Positions 1 through 9,289 of a DNA stretch of 64,000 nucleotides are shown one piece after another. Both the position numbers and the translations under genes were made by a program. The stretch's first letter is position 1; every line of letters starts with the position of its first letter. The notes beneath the pieces are model-generated. The model was not told where the DNA came from and did not search any database. It saw only the letters and a list, made by a program, of their open reading frames with translations. Origin of the DNA: an uncultured bacterium (GTDB taxonomy: Bacteria; CSSED10-310; CAZUFC01); assembly GCA_964619725.1 (NCBI GenBank), contig CAZUFC010000018.1, positions 20,111-84,110 of the forward strand. The letters run 5' to 3'.

Positions 1-1
1 T

Positions 2-739
2 CCCGGAGTTAATCATGAACTGCCGGAAGAAGACATCCGGCATCTCCTGGCCCTTTACGACGGAGAAATAGCTTTCACGGATAAATATATCGGAATGCTG
101 TTCCAGAGGCTCATTCAACTGGACCTGTTCGATGAGAGTCTCATCATTATAACGTCCGATCACGGCGATGAATTTTTCGAGCATAAAGGCAAAGGACACT
201 GCACGACTCTGTATGATGAGGTTATAAGGGTTCCATTAATCATCCGCCCGCCCAGGGGTAAAGATAAGACGAAAATCATTCCTGCGACGGCCCGCTCCAT
301 CGATATTGCGGCGACTGTTTTAAAATTTGCCGGCTGCACCATACCGGACTCTTTCCAGGGTAAAAACCTCCCGGCCGTCAATCCTTCACATTCAACCGAA
401 AACGTTTGTTATCCGGCATTCAGCGAAACTTCGGTAGTCCGCAGAGGACCCGACGGACGACCCGTCATGTTTGAAGAAGACGGCCACAAACTGCTTGTAG
501 AACAAAATTTATTAAAACTGATCAGGGAAAATCCTGGAAATACGCGTGAATTATACTCAATCGCCGGGAATCCACGTGAAACAAAAAACCTCCTCCAGGA
601 TAAACCGGAATTAAACTCGCTGTTTGCTGATACGATAAATTACTACGAAAAAGGATTGAAAGGCGAATCAGACCTGGAAGCCGTCAGCCTGGATGAAGAA
701 ACTCAGGATCAGTTGAAAGCCCTGGGATACATTGAATGA
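2..739 (+). CDS. Sulfatase-like hydrolase, C-terminal part (5' truncated by the window edge)
   Basis: The frame is open from base 2 (…LALYDGEIAFTDKYIGM…). It continues into SDHGDEFFEH, LYDEVIRVPLI and RSIDIAATVL, and ends with the LKALGY motif typical of alkaline-phosphatase-superfamily sulfatases. Confidence 0.85.
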   Translation, partial: PGVNHELPEEDIRHLLALYDGEIAFTDKYIGMLFQRLIQLDLFDESLIIITSDHGDEFFEHKGKGHCTTLYDEVIRVPLIIRPPRGKDKTKIIPATARSIDIAATVLKFAGCTIPDSFQGKNLPAVNPSHSTENVCYPAFSETSVVRRGPDGRPVMFEEDGHKLLVEQNLLKLIRENPGNTRELYSIAGNPRETKNLLQDKPELNSLFADTINYYEKGLKGESDLEAVSLDEETQDQLKALGYIE

Positions 740-1005
740 ACGGTTTCGGCGATGTAGAAGTTCACATCTCCTGACATTCACTGATAAGAAATTGTGAAAT
801 GTCTGATGAAAGAACAATGTTGAAGCAGTCAAACGGATAATTGCAGGCAAGGATCAGTTTTTTAATAAGGATTTCAATCAGTCAAAGGTGTTATGAAAAA
901 GTGCAGCCCTGGTACAATCAATCCCAAAAATACCGTCTCTTTTTCTGTGAAGGTTAATTTCCAGATGCCCGCTATTGCTAATAAAAATGATTCGATATTC
1001 CAATC

Positions 1006-1060
1006 GTCCCTTCTGTCCCTTAGGTCTCTTAGGTCCCTTAGGTCCCTTTGTCCCTTTGTC
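1006..1060. repeat. Tandem 8-9 bp repeat (GTCCCTTAG-like, 6 units)
   Basis: gtcccttct gtcccttag gtctcttag gtcccttag gtcccttt gtcccttt gtc. Confidence 0.85.
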
Positions 1061-1273
1061 TATTTTTATTAAAATCCTCATCCTTACCCGAATTCAATCA
1101 GTCAAACGATTCATCACTTTTCCATAGTTTTCTTAGCCGTCTTTTGCGGCCCTTCGCGGATAAAAAGTATACGAGCACATCAGGCATCTGCAAATGATTA
1201 AATAATTTCGGAAGAATTACTGTCCGCGAAATTACGCGAATTTACACGAAAAGAGAAGGGCGGGAAAATGTGT

Positions 1274-1432
1274 TCGATCGATTCAAATGACTGCCCTGTT
1301 TTGTTTTCAAACGACTGTACAGGCCAGGCCGATGCTTCGATTACGATTACCGCTGCACTGAGCAAGAGCATGAGCAAGAAGGATTCAAGCTGAGAAATTG
1401 TAACCCAGACATGGCCATTTTTGATCAGCGCC
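1274..1432 (-). mobile_element. MITE-like dispersed element, 'TGATCA family' (GATTAC/GAGCAC interior; partial)
   Basis: Its reverse complement aligns over about 150 bp with 45865-46017. It ends in aattgtaacccagacatggccatttttgatcagcgcc. Confidence 0.8.
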
Positions 1433-1483
1433 GGAATTTCTTATTCACTTGAAGAAGACGACACTCGATCATTCTTTCGATTT

Positions 1484-1597
1484 ATTTTGTTTCGACTGCG
1501 ATTCCGATCCCGACCCCGATTACTGAAAAAAAAACTGTCAAGCGTTTTGAAAAAAGTGTAACCTCGGTTTGATCATTTCCATTTTTTGATCAGTCCC
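1484..1597 (+). mobile_element. MITE-like dispersed element, 'TGATCA family' (CGATCC/CGACCC interior; right half)
   Basis: ttttgtttcgactgcgattccgatcccgaccccgattactgaaa…gtgtaacctcggtttgatcatttcc matches 10508-10600. A second end, tttgatcagtccc, follows. Confidence 0.75.
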
Positions 1598-1608
1598 AAT
1601 ATTTCTTT

Positions 1609-1684
1609 TTGACTTCTTTTTCTTTTTTTGTATTATTTATTTTCATAGACCAATGAAGGACCTTCATTGGTCTATGAAAATAAA
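1609..1684 (+). promoter_or_regulatory. Candidate sigma70 promoter (TTGACT-16-TATTAT) followed by a 49-bp perfect palindrome
   Basis: TTGACT at 1609-1614 and TATTAT at 1631-1636. The palindrome arms are 1636-1659 and 1661-1684. Confidence 0.5.
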
Positions 1685-1747
1685 GGAGATTCTTCCGCTT
1701 TTTTAACCCCCCCTTGTCATAATTTAAGAAGCGAGATGAGATAAGCT

Positions 1748-4024
1748 ATGAAACTAAATATCCTGTCAAATCGGTCTGTGGTCAATGCTGCGTTGAGGTG
1801 GATGGTCAGCCTGGCGTTGCTGGTGATGGCGGTGGGGTGTGAACGGGATGACGCAGATCGGGTGAACGAGCCTTCTGCTCCGTCCGGACTCAATGTGTTG
1901 CTTGTGACCTTGGATACGACGCGTGCGGACCGGCTGGGGTGTTATGGATACGATACTGCAGAGACGCCGAACCTGGATAAGCTTGCGGCCGAGGGCGTAC
2001 GATTTGATAGGGCGTATGCTCAGGCTCCGCTTACGCTGCCGTCCCATGCCTCTTTGCTCACTGGGAAGTACCCCCCTGAGCTTGGGATGCGAATCAACGG
2101 GGGCGGGCGTTTGTCCGGCGACATTCCGACGCTGGCAACGGAGTTGAAGGGTGAGGGCTACAGAACCGGGGCGTTCGTGGCAGCGGCGGTTTTGAGCAAA
2201 GCGTACGGACTGGAACGCGGTTTCGATATTTACGACGACGATATGAGTGACACGGGCGCAGGCGTTTTAGTTGCAGAGCGCCCGGGTGATCAGGTTTGCG
2301 ACGCAGCGCTTGAATGGCTGGCTGAGTCGCCTGAGGGGCCGTTTTTCGCATGGATACATCTGTTTGATCCACACCATCCATATAATCCTCCCGATCCTTA
2401 TCGTTCGAAATTCTCCGATCCGTATGACGGCGAAATCGCTTTTACGGATGCACAGGTGGGACGGCTGCTGCAACGGCTGCAGGACCTGAAGTTGACAGAC
2501 CGTACCCTCGTGGTGGTCGCCGGGGATCACGGGGAGGCATTCGGCGAGCATCAGGAAAAGCAGCACGGACTGTTCGTTTATGAATCGACCATGCGAGTGC
2601 CGCTTATCGTTGTTAGTCCAAAAAGCGTGCAGGTTGGTCTGGTGATTGACGGCGTAGTAGAATTGGTGGATATCATGCCGACGGTTCTAGAACTGGCGGG
2701 TATGAAGGATGTACCGGAGGTTTCGGGTCAGAGCCTGGTTGCAGCGATGCGGGACCCGGCATCAGCGGTCGGTCAGTATGCGTATGGGGAATCGCAGTAT
2801 CCGCGCATGAGCTTTGGGTGGGCATCTTTGGTAAGTTTGACTTCTGATCGATGGAAGTACATCAGAGCCCCACGGCAGGAGCTATATGACCTGCGGGCTG
2901 ATCCGAGCGAGGAGGAGAACATCATAGCGGATTACGCTGAAGTGGCGTCCGATCTTGACTGCCGACTGCAGAGGATGCTTGAGATGATGGAGGTTCAGGA
3001 GGCTTCGTCCGTTGACCGGAACGCGGAATCTCTCGCCCAATTGCAGGCCCTGGGGTATGTCGGCGGAACGTCGAATAATGTCGGCGATGATGAGAACGGC
3101 CGTGATCCGAAGGACATGGTCGTTGTGTATCGTGGGCTGATGCAAGCGCGCGACGCGCTTCAGCGCAGGCGATATGATGACGTGACCGAGATCATCGAAC
3201 CGCTGATTGAGCAAAGTCCGGAGTCTGACGCGCTCTATGCGCCGTTGGGTGCGGCATTTCTGCGGTTGGGGCGCTTTGAGGATGCCCGGCATGCTTACTC
3301 GATGAGTTTGCGGCGGGATAATGACCATCCCGGAAACCTGTGCGGCCTGGGAGACTCCTTGCGACAGTCGGGGCGAGTGGATGAAGCCATTTTGGTCTAC
3401 GAACAAGCGCTGGCGGCGTGGCCGAACTACGGGCAAGCACACAGCCGGCTGGGGCTGATAAGGGCGCAACAGGGGGACCACGCCGAAGCGCTCGAACATT
3501 TTCGTCGATTTGCGGAGCTGAATCCCTCCTCGCCCAACGCACACACAAACCTGGCTAATGCTTTGATGGCTGTGCAGCAGGCGGATAAGGCAGTGCATGA
3601 GCTAGAGATTGCCCTGGAGCTGTCTCCTGACTACGAGCCTGCGCTGCGGATATATTGGTACTATCTTTGGTCGACCGGTCGGCGCAAGAAGGCGGCGGCA
3701 GCTCTACGGCGGGCCTGCAAAGCATTTCCGCAGGACGGCGAGTTGTGGCTTAATCTGACCCGGGTGCTGGCAACGGCTCCCGGTTTGAGAAGCGGGCTTG
3801 ACGAGGCGGTGCAGACAGGAGAACGGACCGTTAAGCTTCAACCCAATGATCCTGTGGCGCTGGATACCCTGGGTATAGTCTATGCGCAGGCGGGTCGGTT
3901 CGAAAAGGCGATCCGACTCGCAGTGCGTGCGGAAAACCTGGCCCGTGCCGCGGGGAACGATGAATTCGCTGAAGAGATTCTGTCCAGATTGCAGCGATAT
4001 CGCGAGCAAAAGCCTCTGCCGTAG
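1748..4024 (+). CDS. Lipoprotein sulfatase-like hydrolase with C-terminal TPR repeats
   Basis: Lipobox MAVG-C, then LLVTLDTTRAD, APLTLPSHASLLTG, YDGEIAFTD, GDHGEAFGEH and LQALGY, followed by multiple TPR-like helical repeats. Confidence 0.9.
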   Translation: MKLNILSNRSVVNAALRWMVSLALLVMAVGCERDDADRVNEPSAPSGLNVLLVTLDTTRADRLGCYGYDTAETPNLDKLAAEGVRFDRAYAQAPLTLPSHASLLTGKYPPELGMRINGGGRLSGDIPTLATELKGEGYRTGAFVAAAVLSKAYGLERGFDIYDDDMSDTGAGVLVAERPGDQVCDAALEWLAESPEGPFFAWIHLFDPHHPYNPPDPYRSKFSDPYDGEIAFTDAQVGRLLQRLQDLKLTDRTLVVVAGDHGEAFGEHQEKQHGLFVYESTMRVPLIVVSPKSVQVGLVIDGVVELVDIMPTVLELAGMKDVPEVSGQSLVAAMRDPASAVGQYAYGESQYPRMSFGWASLVSLTSDRWKYIRAPRQELYDLRADPSEEENIIADYAEVASDLDCRLQRMLEMMEVQEASSVDRNAESLAQLQALGYVGGTSNNVGDDENGRDPKDMVVVYRGLMQARDALQRRRYDDVTEIIEPLIEQSPESDALYAPLGAAFLRLGRFEDARHAYSMSLRRDNDHPGNLCGLGDSLRQSGRVDEAILVYEQALAAWPNYGQAHSRLGLIRAQQGDHAEALEHFRRFAELNPSSPNAHTNLANALMAVQQADKAVHELEIALELSPDYEPALRIYWYYLWSTGRRKKAAAALRRACKAFPQDGELWLNLTRVLATAPGLRSGLDEAVQTGERTVKLQPNDPVALDTLGIVYAQAGRFEKAIRLAVRAENLARAAGNDEFAEEILSRLQRYREQKPLP

Positions 4025-4414
4025 AACTATTTGAGTGACCGGTTAAAAACGCCTCCTGATGCGTCAGGGATGCGCTCTACCCTCCCATTGCCGCTAGGAT
4101 AAGGCTTGTTTTTATTTCCAGTAACCATTGCCGGGTTTTGGCCGGCTCGGTTAGGTCGGGATTGTTTTGTTCGTTTTGAGCCTTTTCCTTTGATTCGGAT
4201 GCTGGATGGCTGATCATGGTTGCTTTTACGGCTTTTTTTAAGTGACTGATCAGATGAAGGTAATAAATCAGAGAGGCCTGATCAAACCGTAGCTGCTCTT
4301 TTTTCAAAACTTTTAACAGTGTGTTTCGGTGTCGGAGGCGCAGCAAAATGATTAAGAGGAGATATGTGTTGTCCTCATCATATTTACAAAGTTCTTAATT
4401 ATTCAAGGCTTCGA

Positions 4415-4452
4415 AAATCGTAACCTCAAAGACGCATTTTTGATCAATGCCC
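4415..4452 (-). repeat. Isolated left terminus of the 'TGATCA family' element
   Basis: aaatcgtaacctcaaagacgcatttttgatcaatgccc is nearly identical to the ends at 41606-41643 and (reverse complement) 10452-10490. Confidence 0.75.
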
Positions 4453-4503
4453 CTTTTGCAGAAAAAACAATCGTTTGAACGAAGCGGCAGGATAGGGATT
4501 TCT

Positions 4504-7500
4504 TTAAAAGCGCTCCTTATTCATCGCCGGTGAAAACACAGGAGTTGTCGTCGGTTTAGCGATCACTGACGGAGCGGCATAACTGCAATCGTAAGTGAAT
4601 ATGCCGTCCTCCGGCCTGAAATAGCGAATTTGATCCACCGGGTTGGATATGATGACGGCGGATTCATCGCCGTAAAAGCAGTCGACACAGACGACTTCGA
4701 ACGTAATGACTGCAAACGAACCGTTTAATTCGGGAGTAATCGCTGCATAGGGATCGAAGGCGCCTGTTCTGAGATGCCCCGGGGACGTTCTGTTGCATAT
4801 GAACCAGTTCCATGTTGAATTTAACTCGCCTTTACGGCAGGATATGAACTTCAGCATTTGAGGATCATAAAAAAGATCGAATCCTGCGGCATGAACAGTG
4901 TGTTCGTTGCTGCGAATCATCACGGGAACATCAATCAAGTCTCCTGCGCAGCCTCTGATATCGTTGATGAAGAGTTTTCCCCTATTGTGAGAAAAATGCG
5001 GTTGATCGTCATAGCGTCCCAGGTCGATGTTTTTAAACGGTCCTATGGCATCGACGCATTCGCAGTCCAGCATGACGTAATTCCACAGGATGCACTGAGC
5101 ATCTCCAGGCGTTACGGCGGCATTGCCGTCGCAATCAGCGGAACAAAACTCTTCAAATGTCGGCTCCGGCATATCTTGCAGATAGATGTTGAATGCGTGG
5201 AGGCCGTCACCCGGCGTCAATTCTCCGTTATTGTCTACATCGCCGTCGTTCCGGCAATCGGGAGGACAGGGAACGCCCTGACTGCTGCTTAACCACGGAT
5301 CATACAGCACATCGCCCCATACTTCGTCGCCGCTTCCTGTTCCGAGGCCGGACGGTCCGTCGGAAGCGCCCCAGTAGTTGAAGTCTGCCTGGAAAGTTCC
5401 GCCTGAAGCGTTGGAATCTGCCGTCAGTCCGTATAAGACATTATTTTGTATATTGTTATATTCCGCATAGCCGTCCGGAATGGGATAAGGTCCTCCGTAT
5501 TCACCGCTGCCTCCAAACAGAAAAATGCCCTGTGCGTTACCGGTCACGTCGTTGCAAACGCATATCAATTCGGAGATGTCCCATAAACGGAACGCCTGCC
5601 CTTCGCCGCCTTCACCTGACGATACGTTGTTTACGCTGTTGTGATGCAATTCGACCGCACCGGCGTGATTGATTTCCAGGGCCGCATAATGCTGACCGGT
5701 TTGCCCCTGGTTTCCGCCGATATCGCTCCAAACGTTATCGTAACATTCAACCAGGTCGGTCAGGTCGGAATAATCGCCGCGGAGAGCGACAACGCCGTTG
5801 CAGTCATGGATGTAGTTCCCTGCGAAAAGGATTGTCGCGACAGGCAGTTCATTTTCACCGGTGAATCCCGGATTCACAGGGTCCATGTCCATGACCGCGC
5901 TTCCGAGAATGTTCCTGAATTCCGTATTCGTTACAGCGAATGAATCACCCAGCTTGTTGCCGTATATCCCATGACGGTCTGCAGCATTATGGCCGTCTAA
6001 TACGCACTCGTCCATAACGAAATCCCGGACAGCGCCGGTATTCGTCATGCTGATGATACAGTCAGAACCCGCATCGCCTTCAATATGCAGGTATTCGAGA
6101 TAAAGTCCGGAAAGATTTCCGGCATTCTGGAACAAAATTCCGCCTGAAATAACCGGCAGACCGGCCGCCTCGCCTGAAATAAGCAGATTGTCCTTGTTAA
6201 AATCAGACTCGAATGTAACGGTCTCGTCGTAAATGCCGGAATTAACTCTTATTTCACCCCCGTACGCAACCGCCTCCAGCGCCTCCTGGACACCGGCGAA
6301 AGCATCGTAACCGAAAACATGGCCGTCGACGATGTCCCCTGGTTCGCTTCCCGCCCAGTCGTCGTCCACCCACACCAGGTTTGGCTGCGGGGATGGACTG
6401 GGTGAGGGGGTATACGTCGGGCTGCTGCTCGGAGTCCTGGTCGGCGTCAGCGTGGGCGTTCTTGTCGGAGTAAGCGTCAGGGTTCTCGTGGGGGTATTGG
6501 AAGGCGTCAGCGTATGAGTCGATGTCGGAGAGGGCGTCATAGTTGGAGTCAGGACGACTGTCGGTGTCGGTTGAACGTCTCCGTAAGGACCGTCCGGCGG
6601 AGTGAAATCTGTCGTCCATCTCGCCAATCCCTTCGTAATGCGAATCTCGTCGAGGTGACCATCTAAAAATTGGGACTCATATACATTGCTTCCGATGAAC
6701 AGGTCATCAGAATTATTATTGATCACGCCGGAAAAGGTTCCATTGTCATCTTCGTGTCCGTCTATGAACAAATATACATCTGTCGCTGATTTTGCTCCGG
6801 CGACGTGATGCCATTCCCCGTCATTTAACGACCCGGAACTCGTTAGGGCAAAATAAGGCAGCCCCCCGTCGTCGTCCAGGCTGAATTCTATTGTACCATG
6901 ATAGATTCTGAACTGCCAGGACCTTTCCTGCTCCTCCCATCTCCATTGCCCGATAATTTTGTTGTCGGGTTGAGATGCCGTAGTCCTGATCCAGAAATCG
7001 ACCGTAAAATCGCCGCTGCCGAAGTCCCAGTCTATGCTGTCAGGAATACGAAGATAATCGCCGGTTCCGTCGAAACAGATGGAACTCTGGGAAAATTTTG
7101 CATAGTCAGTATCATGCTGGGCATCGCCATAAGGGGTTATAGGATGAGGTTCGGATGCCCCCAGCGAAGCATCCTGGAACCCTGTTGCTCCGTCCGTATG
7201 ATTGGAATGGATCAACAATACGGTATAAGCGTCATTGCCGTTTCCAGGCAACGTAGGAGACGGACTCGGCGTTAAGGTTGGCGTCATAGTCGGCGTCGAC
7301 GTGGGCGTTAAAGTTGCGGTAGGAGAATGCGTCGGCGTCGACGTGGGCGTTAAAGTTGCGGTAGGAAAATGCGTCGGCGTATGGGTCGGGGTAAAAGTGG
7401 CCTGCGATTCACCGTAAGGTCCCGTGGGCGGAATAAATTCTTCGGTCCATCGAGCCATTCCTTTGCTTATGCGTATTTCGTCCAGGTAACCGGTATAATG

Positions 7501-8907
7501 CTCGCTCCCGTATACATTGCTGCCGATGTAAAGGTCTGCCGTATTGTTGTTGACGTTCCCGGAAAACGTCCCGCTGCTCGCTTCCTGTCCGTCGATGAAT
7601 AAGTATACGTCGTCTCCCGATTTGACGCCGGCCACATGATGCCATTGCCCGTCATTCATATTGCTGCCGGACAACAGGGAAAAATAGGGCGCTGAACCGT
7701 TATCGTCCAGCGAGAATTCTATTCTGTTGTTTGCCAGTCTCAGTTGCCATGATCTTTCGAGTCCCTCCCATTCCCATTGACCGATAATCTTACTGTTGGA
7801 TTGCGAAACCGTGTCTCTCATCCAGAAATCGATCGTGAAATCGCTGCTGTCAAAATTCCAGTCTTCGCTGTCAGGAATAGTCAAGCAATCGCCGCTGCCG
7901 TCGAAGCATATCGAACTCTGCCCGAATTTAGATATATCCGTCGAATGATGCACATCCCCAACGGGCGTAATCGGATGCGGTTCCGTCGCGCCGTAGGCAT
8001 CGTCGACGAAGACCGTCGAACCGTCGCCATCGTCTGAGTGGATCAGCAGTACGGTATTGGAGTCGTTGCCGTATCCGGGCGCTGTCGGGGTCGATGTGGG
8101 CGTTCTGGTGGGCGTCATGGTGGGCGTTGCGGTTGATTGCGGTTGACCATAGGGTCCTGTCGGCGGCGTGAATTCGGAAGTCCACCTGGCTATGCCTTTA
8201 GTGATGCGAATTTCATCAATATAACCGTTGAACGCGTAGCTTGTCTGCCAACCGTCTATGCCTATCATAGCGCCGCCGCCGTCCTCGATTACGGATGCTC
8301 CTATATCGGTCGTTCCTACTGAAACGCCGTCCAAATACAACGTTACCGTCGACCCATACCTCACCACAGCCACATGCTGCCACACGCCCGTCACCAGCGA
8401 CACACTCGATCTCACATCCGTCCAGTTTCCTCCTATTCTCATGATCGCCGTCAGTCGTCCCCCGAACCCGTCATGCCTCGCATACAGGTTTACGCCTTTC
8501 GCTTCACCCAATACTCGCATCCCCATTATGCCGTCCTTGTCGCCTACATAATTGGGAAATACCCAGCAATCCATCGTAAAATCAGCGTTCCCGAAATTCC
8601 AGTCATCGCTGTCGGGGATGCTCAAATAATCGCCGGTTCCGTCGAAATAAATCGAGCTCTGACCGAATTTCGATTCATCCGTGGAATGATGAGCGGTTCC
8701 CGACGCCGTGATTACATGAGTCTCCCCCGCTCCGTACGCATCGTTGACGAATGTCGTCGAACCGTCAGGTTCGTCTGAATGAATCAAAAGCTTTGTATAC
8801 TGATCGTTACCGTCCCCCATTACACATGGAGATGAAATCAATCCTGCGATTAAAATAAAAAAAATTGAAAAAAATGACCTTTTTGACGATGCGATCATCA
8901 ACTTCAT
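4504..8907 (-). CDS. Secreted modular protein: 3x LamG/concanavalin-like domains, PT linkers, right-handed beta-helix, dockerin, cohesin
   Basis: Probable ATG at 8907 after a GGGGGAAGG RBS, with a signal peptide. Three repeats GNDxxTxLLIHS…DFTxDxW…WxHVAxV…GxIDEIRITKGxARWT. Beta-helix region ending NYWGASDGP. Dockerin GDVDNNGELTPGD…ADCDGNAAVTPGDA. Cohesin GDLIDVPVMI…GFDLFYDPQMLKF…FAVITFEV. Confidence 0.85.
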   Translation of the reverse strand: MKLMIASSKRSFFSIFFILIAGLISSPCVMGDGNDQYTKLLIHSDEPDGSTTFVNDAYGAGETHVITASGTAHHSTDESKFGQSSIYFDGTGDYLSIPDSDDWNFGNADFTMDCWVFPNYVGDKDGIMGMRVLGEAKGVNLYARHDGFGGRLTAIMRIGGNWTDVRSSVSLVTGVWQHVAVVRYGSTVTLYLDGVSVGTTDIGASVIEDGGGAMIGIDGWQTSYAFNGYIDEIRITKGIARWTSEFTPPTGPYGQPQSTATPTMTPTRTPTSTPTAPGYGNDSNTVLLIHSDDGDGSTVFVDDAYGATEPHPITPVGDVHHSTDISKFGQSSICFDGSGDCLTIPDSEDWNFDSSDFTIDFWMRDTVSQSNSKIIGQWEWEGLERSWQLRLANNRIEFSLDDNGSAPYFSLLSGSNMNDGQWHHVAGVKSGDDVYLFIDGQEASSGTFSGNVNNNTADLYIGSNVYGSEHYTGYLDEIRISKGMARWTEEFIPPTGPYGESQATFTPTHTPTHFPTATLTPTSTPTHSPTATLTPTSTPTMTPTLTPSPSPTLPGNGNDAYTVLLIHSNHTDGATGFQDASLGASEPHPITPYGDAQHDTDYAKFSQSSICFDGTGDYLRIPDSIDWDFGSGDFTVDFWIRTTASQPDNKIIGQWRWEEQERSWQFRIYHGTIEFSLDDDGGLPYFALTSSGSLNDGEWHHVAGAKSATDVYLFIDGHEDDNGTFSGVINNNSDDLFIGSNVYESQFLDGHLDEIRITKGLARWTTDFTPPDGPYGDVQPTPTVVLTPTMTPSPTSTHTLTPSNTPTRTLTLTPTRTPTLTPTRTPSSSPTYTPSPSPSPQPNLVWVDDDWAGSEPGDIVDGHVFGYDAFAGVQEALEAVAYGGEIRVNSGIYDETVTFESDFNKDNLLISGEAAGLPVISGGILFQNAGNLSGLYLEYLHIEGDAGSDCIISMTNTGAVRDFVMDECVLDGHNAADRHGIYGNKLGDSFAVTNTEFRNILGSAVMDMDPVNPGFTGENELPVATILFAGNYIHDCNGVVALRGDYSDLTDLVECYDNVWSDIGGNQGQTGQHYAALEINHAGAVELHHNSVNNVSSGEGGEGQAFRLWDISELICVCNDVTGNAQGIFLFGGSGEYGGPYPIPDGYAEYNNIQNNVLYGLTADSNASGGTFQADFNYWGASDGPSGLGTGSGDEVWGDVLYDPWLSSSQGVPCPPDCRNDGDVDNNGELTPGDGLHAFNIYLQDMPEPTFEEFCSADCDGNAAVTPGDAQCILWNYVMLDCECVDAIGPFKNIDLGRYDDQPHFSHNRGKLFINDIRGCAGDLIDVPVMIRSNEHTVHAAGFDLFYDPQMLKFISCRKGELNSTWNWFICNRTSPGHLRTGAFDPYAAITPELNGSFAVITFEVVCVDCFYGDESAVIISNPVDQIRYFRPEDGIFTYDCSYAAPSVIAKPTTTPVFSPAMNKERF
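7289..7380. repeat. 42-bp tandem duplication within a PT linker
   Basis: gtcggcgtcgacgtgggcgttaaagttgcggtagga(g/a)aatgc occurs twice with one mismatch. Confidence 0.85.
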
Positions 8908-9289
8908 CCTTCCCCCCTTCATCAAAACCGGCGCCTCGCTCCAAAACGGCATCGTTGAATCAATGGCTCCTCCACAGTTACGACCGGCCGTGCAAAAAAA
9001 ATAAAGAATTCGACACGATCAACAAAGACTTGACGCTTAAATTCACAAGCTGTTCATCGCCTTTTAACCCTTACAGTTTAATGCTTAATCTATTAACAGT
9101 CAAACGGCGTTCGGGATGAAGCTGATTAAGACCGGGAAATGGATGGAACAGCCGGGGACGCCGGGGCAATATGCGGATATTTGCGGCAAGGAAATTTCCG
9201 AAGGGCGCTGACCCCAAAAAAAATAGCCGGACTCTCGTTCGGCTCCCTTTTCCTGTCTATTTCGTTTCTGCACCGAAACCGGTTCAACT

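Noticed and set aside
878-1081. ORF with collagen-like GPKGPK repeats
   Set aside because: It is just the translation of the 9-bp DNA repeat; no other support.
740-1747. Possible CRISPR array in the repeat-rich spacer
   Set aside because: No constant 25-40 bp repeat with regular unique spacers, and no cas genes in the window.
4077-4346. 89-aa minus-strand ORF
   Set aside because: TTG start and no recognisable motif; may be a gene remnant but cannot be supported.
6332-7417. Gly/Val-rich small ORFs (also 11457-11684 and 17684-17917)
   Set aside because: Antisense shadows of Pro/Thr linkers.
6580-8812. DGR template/variable repeat pair among the LamG copies
   Set aside because: All copies are in-frame coding domains, differences are not visibly adenine-specific, and no reverse transcriptase is present.
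4504-8907. Cellulosome scaffoldin
   Set aside because: Only one cohesin, no recognisable CBM3, and no dockerin-bearing cellulases in the window.
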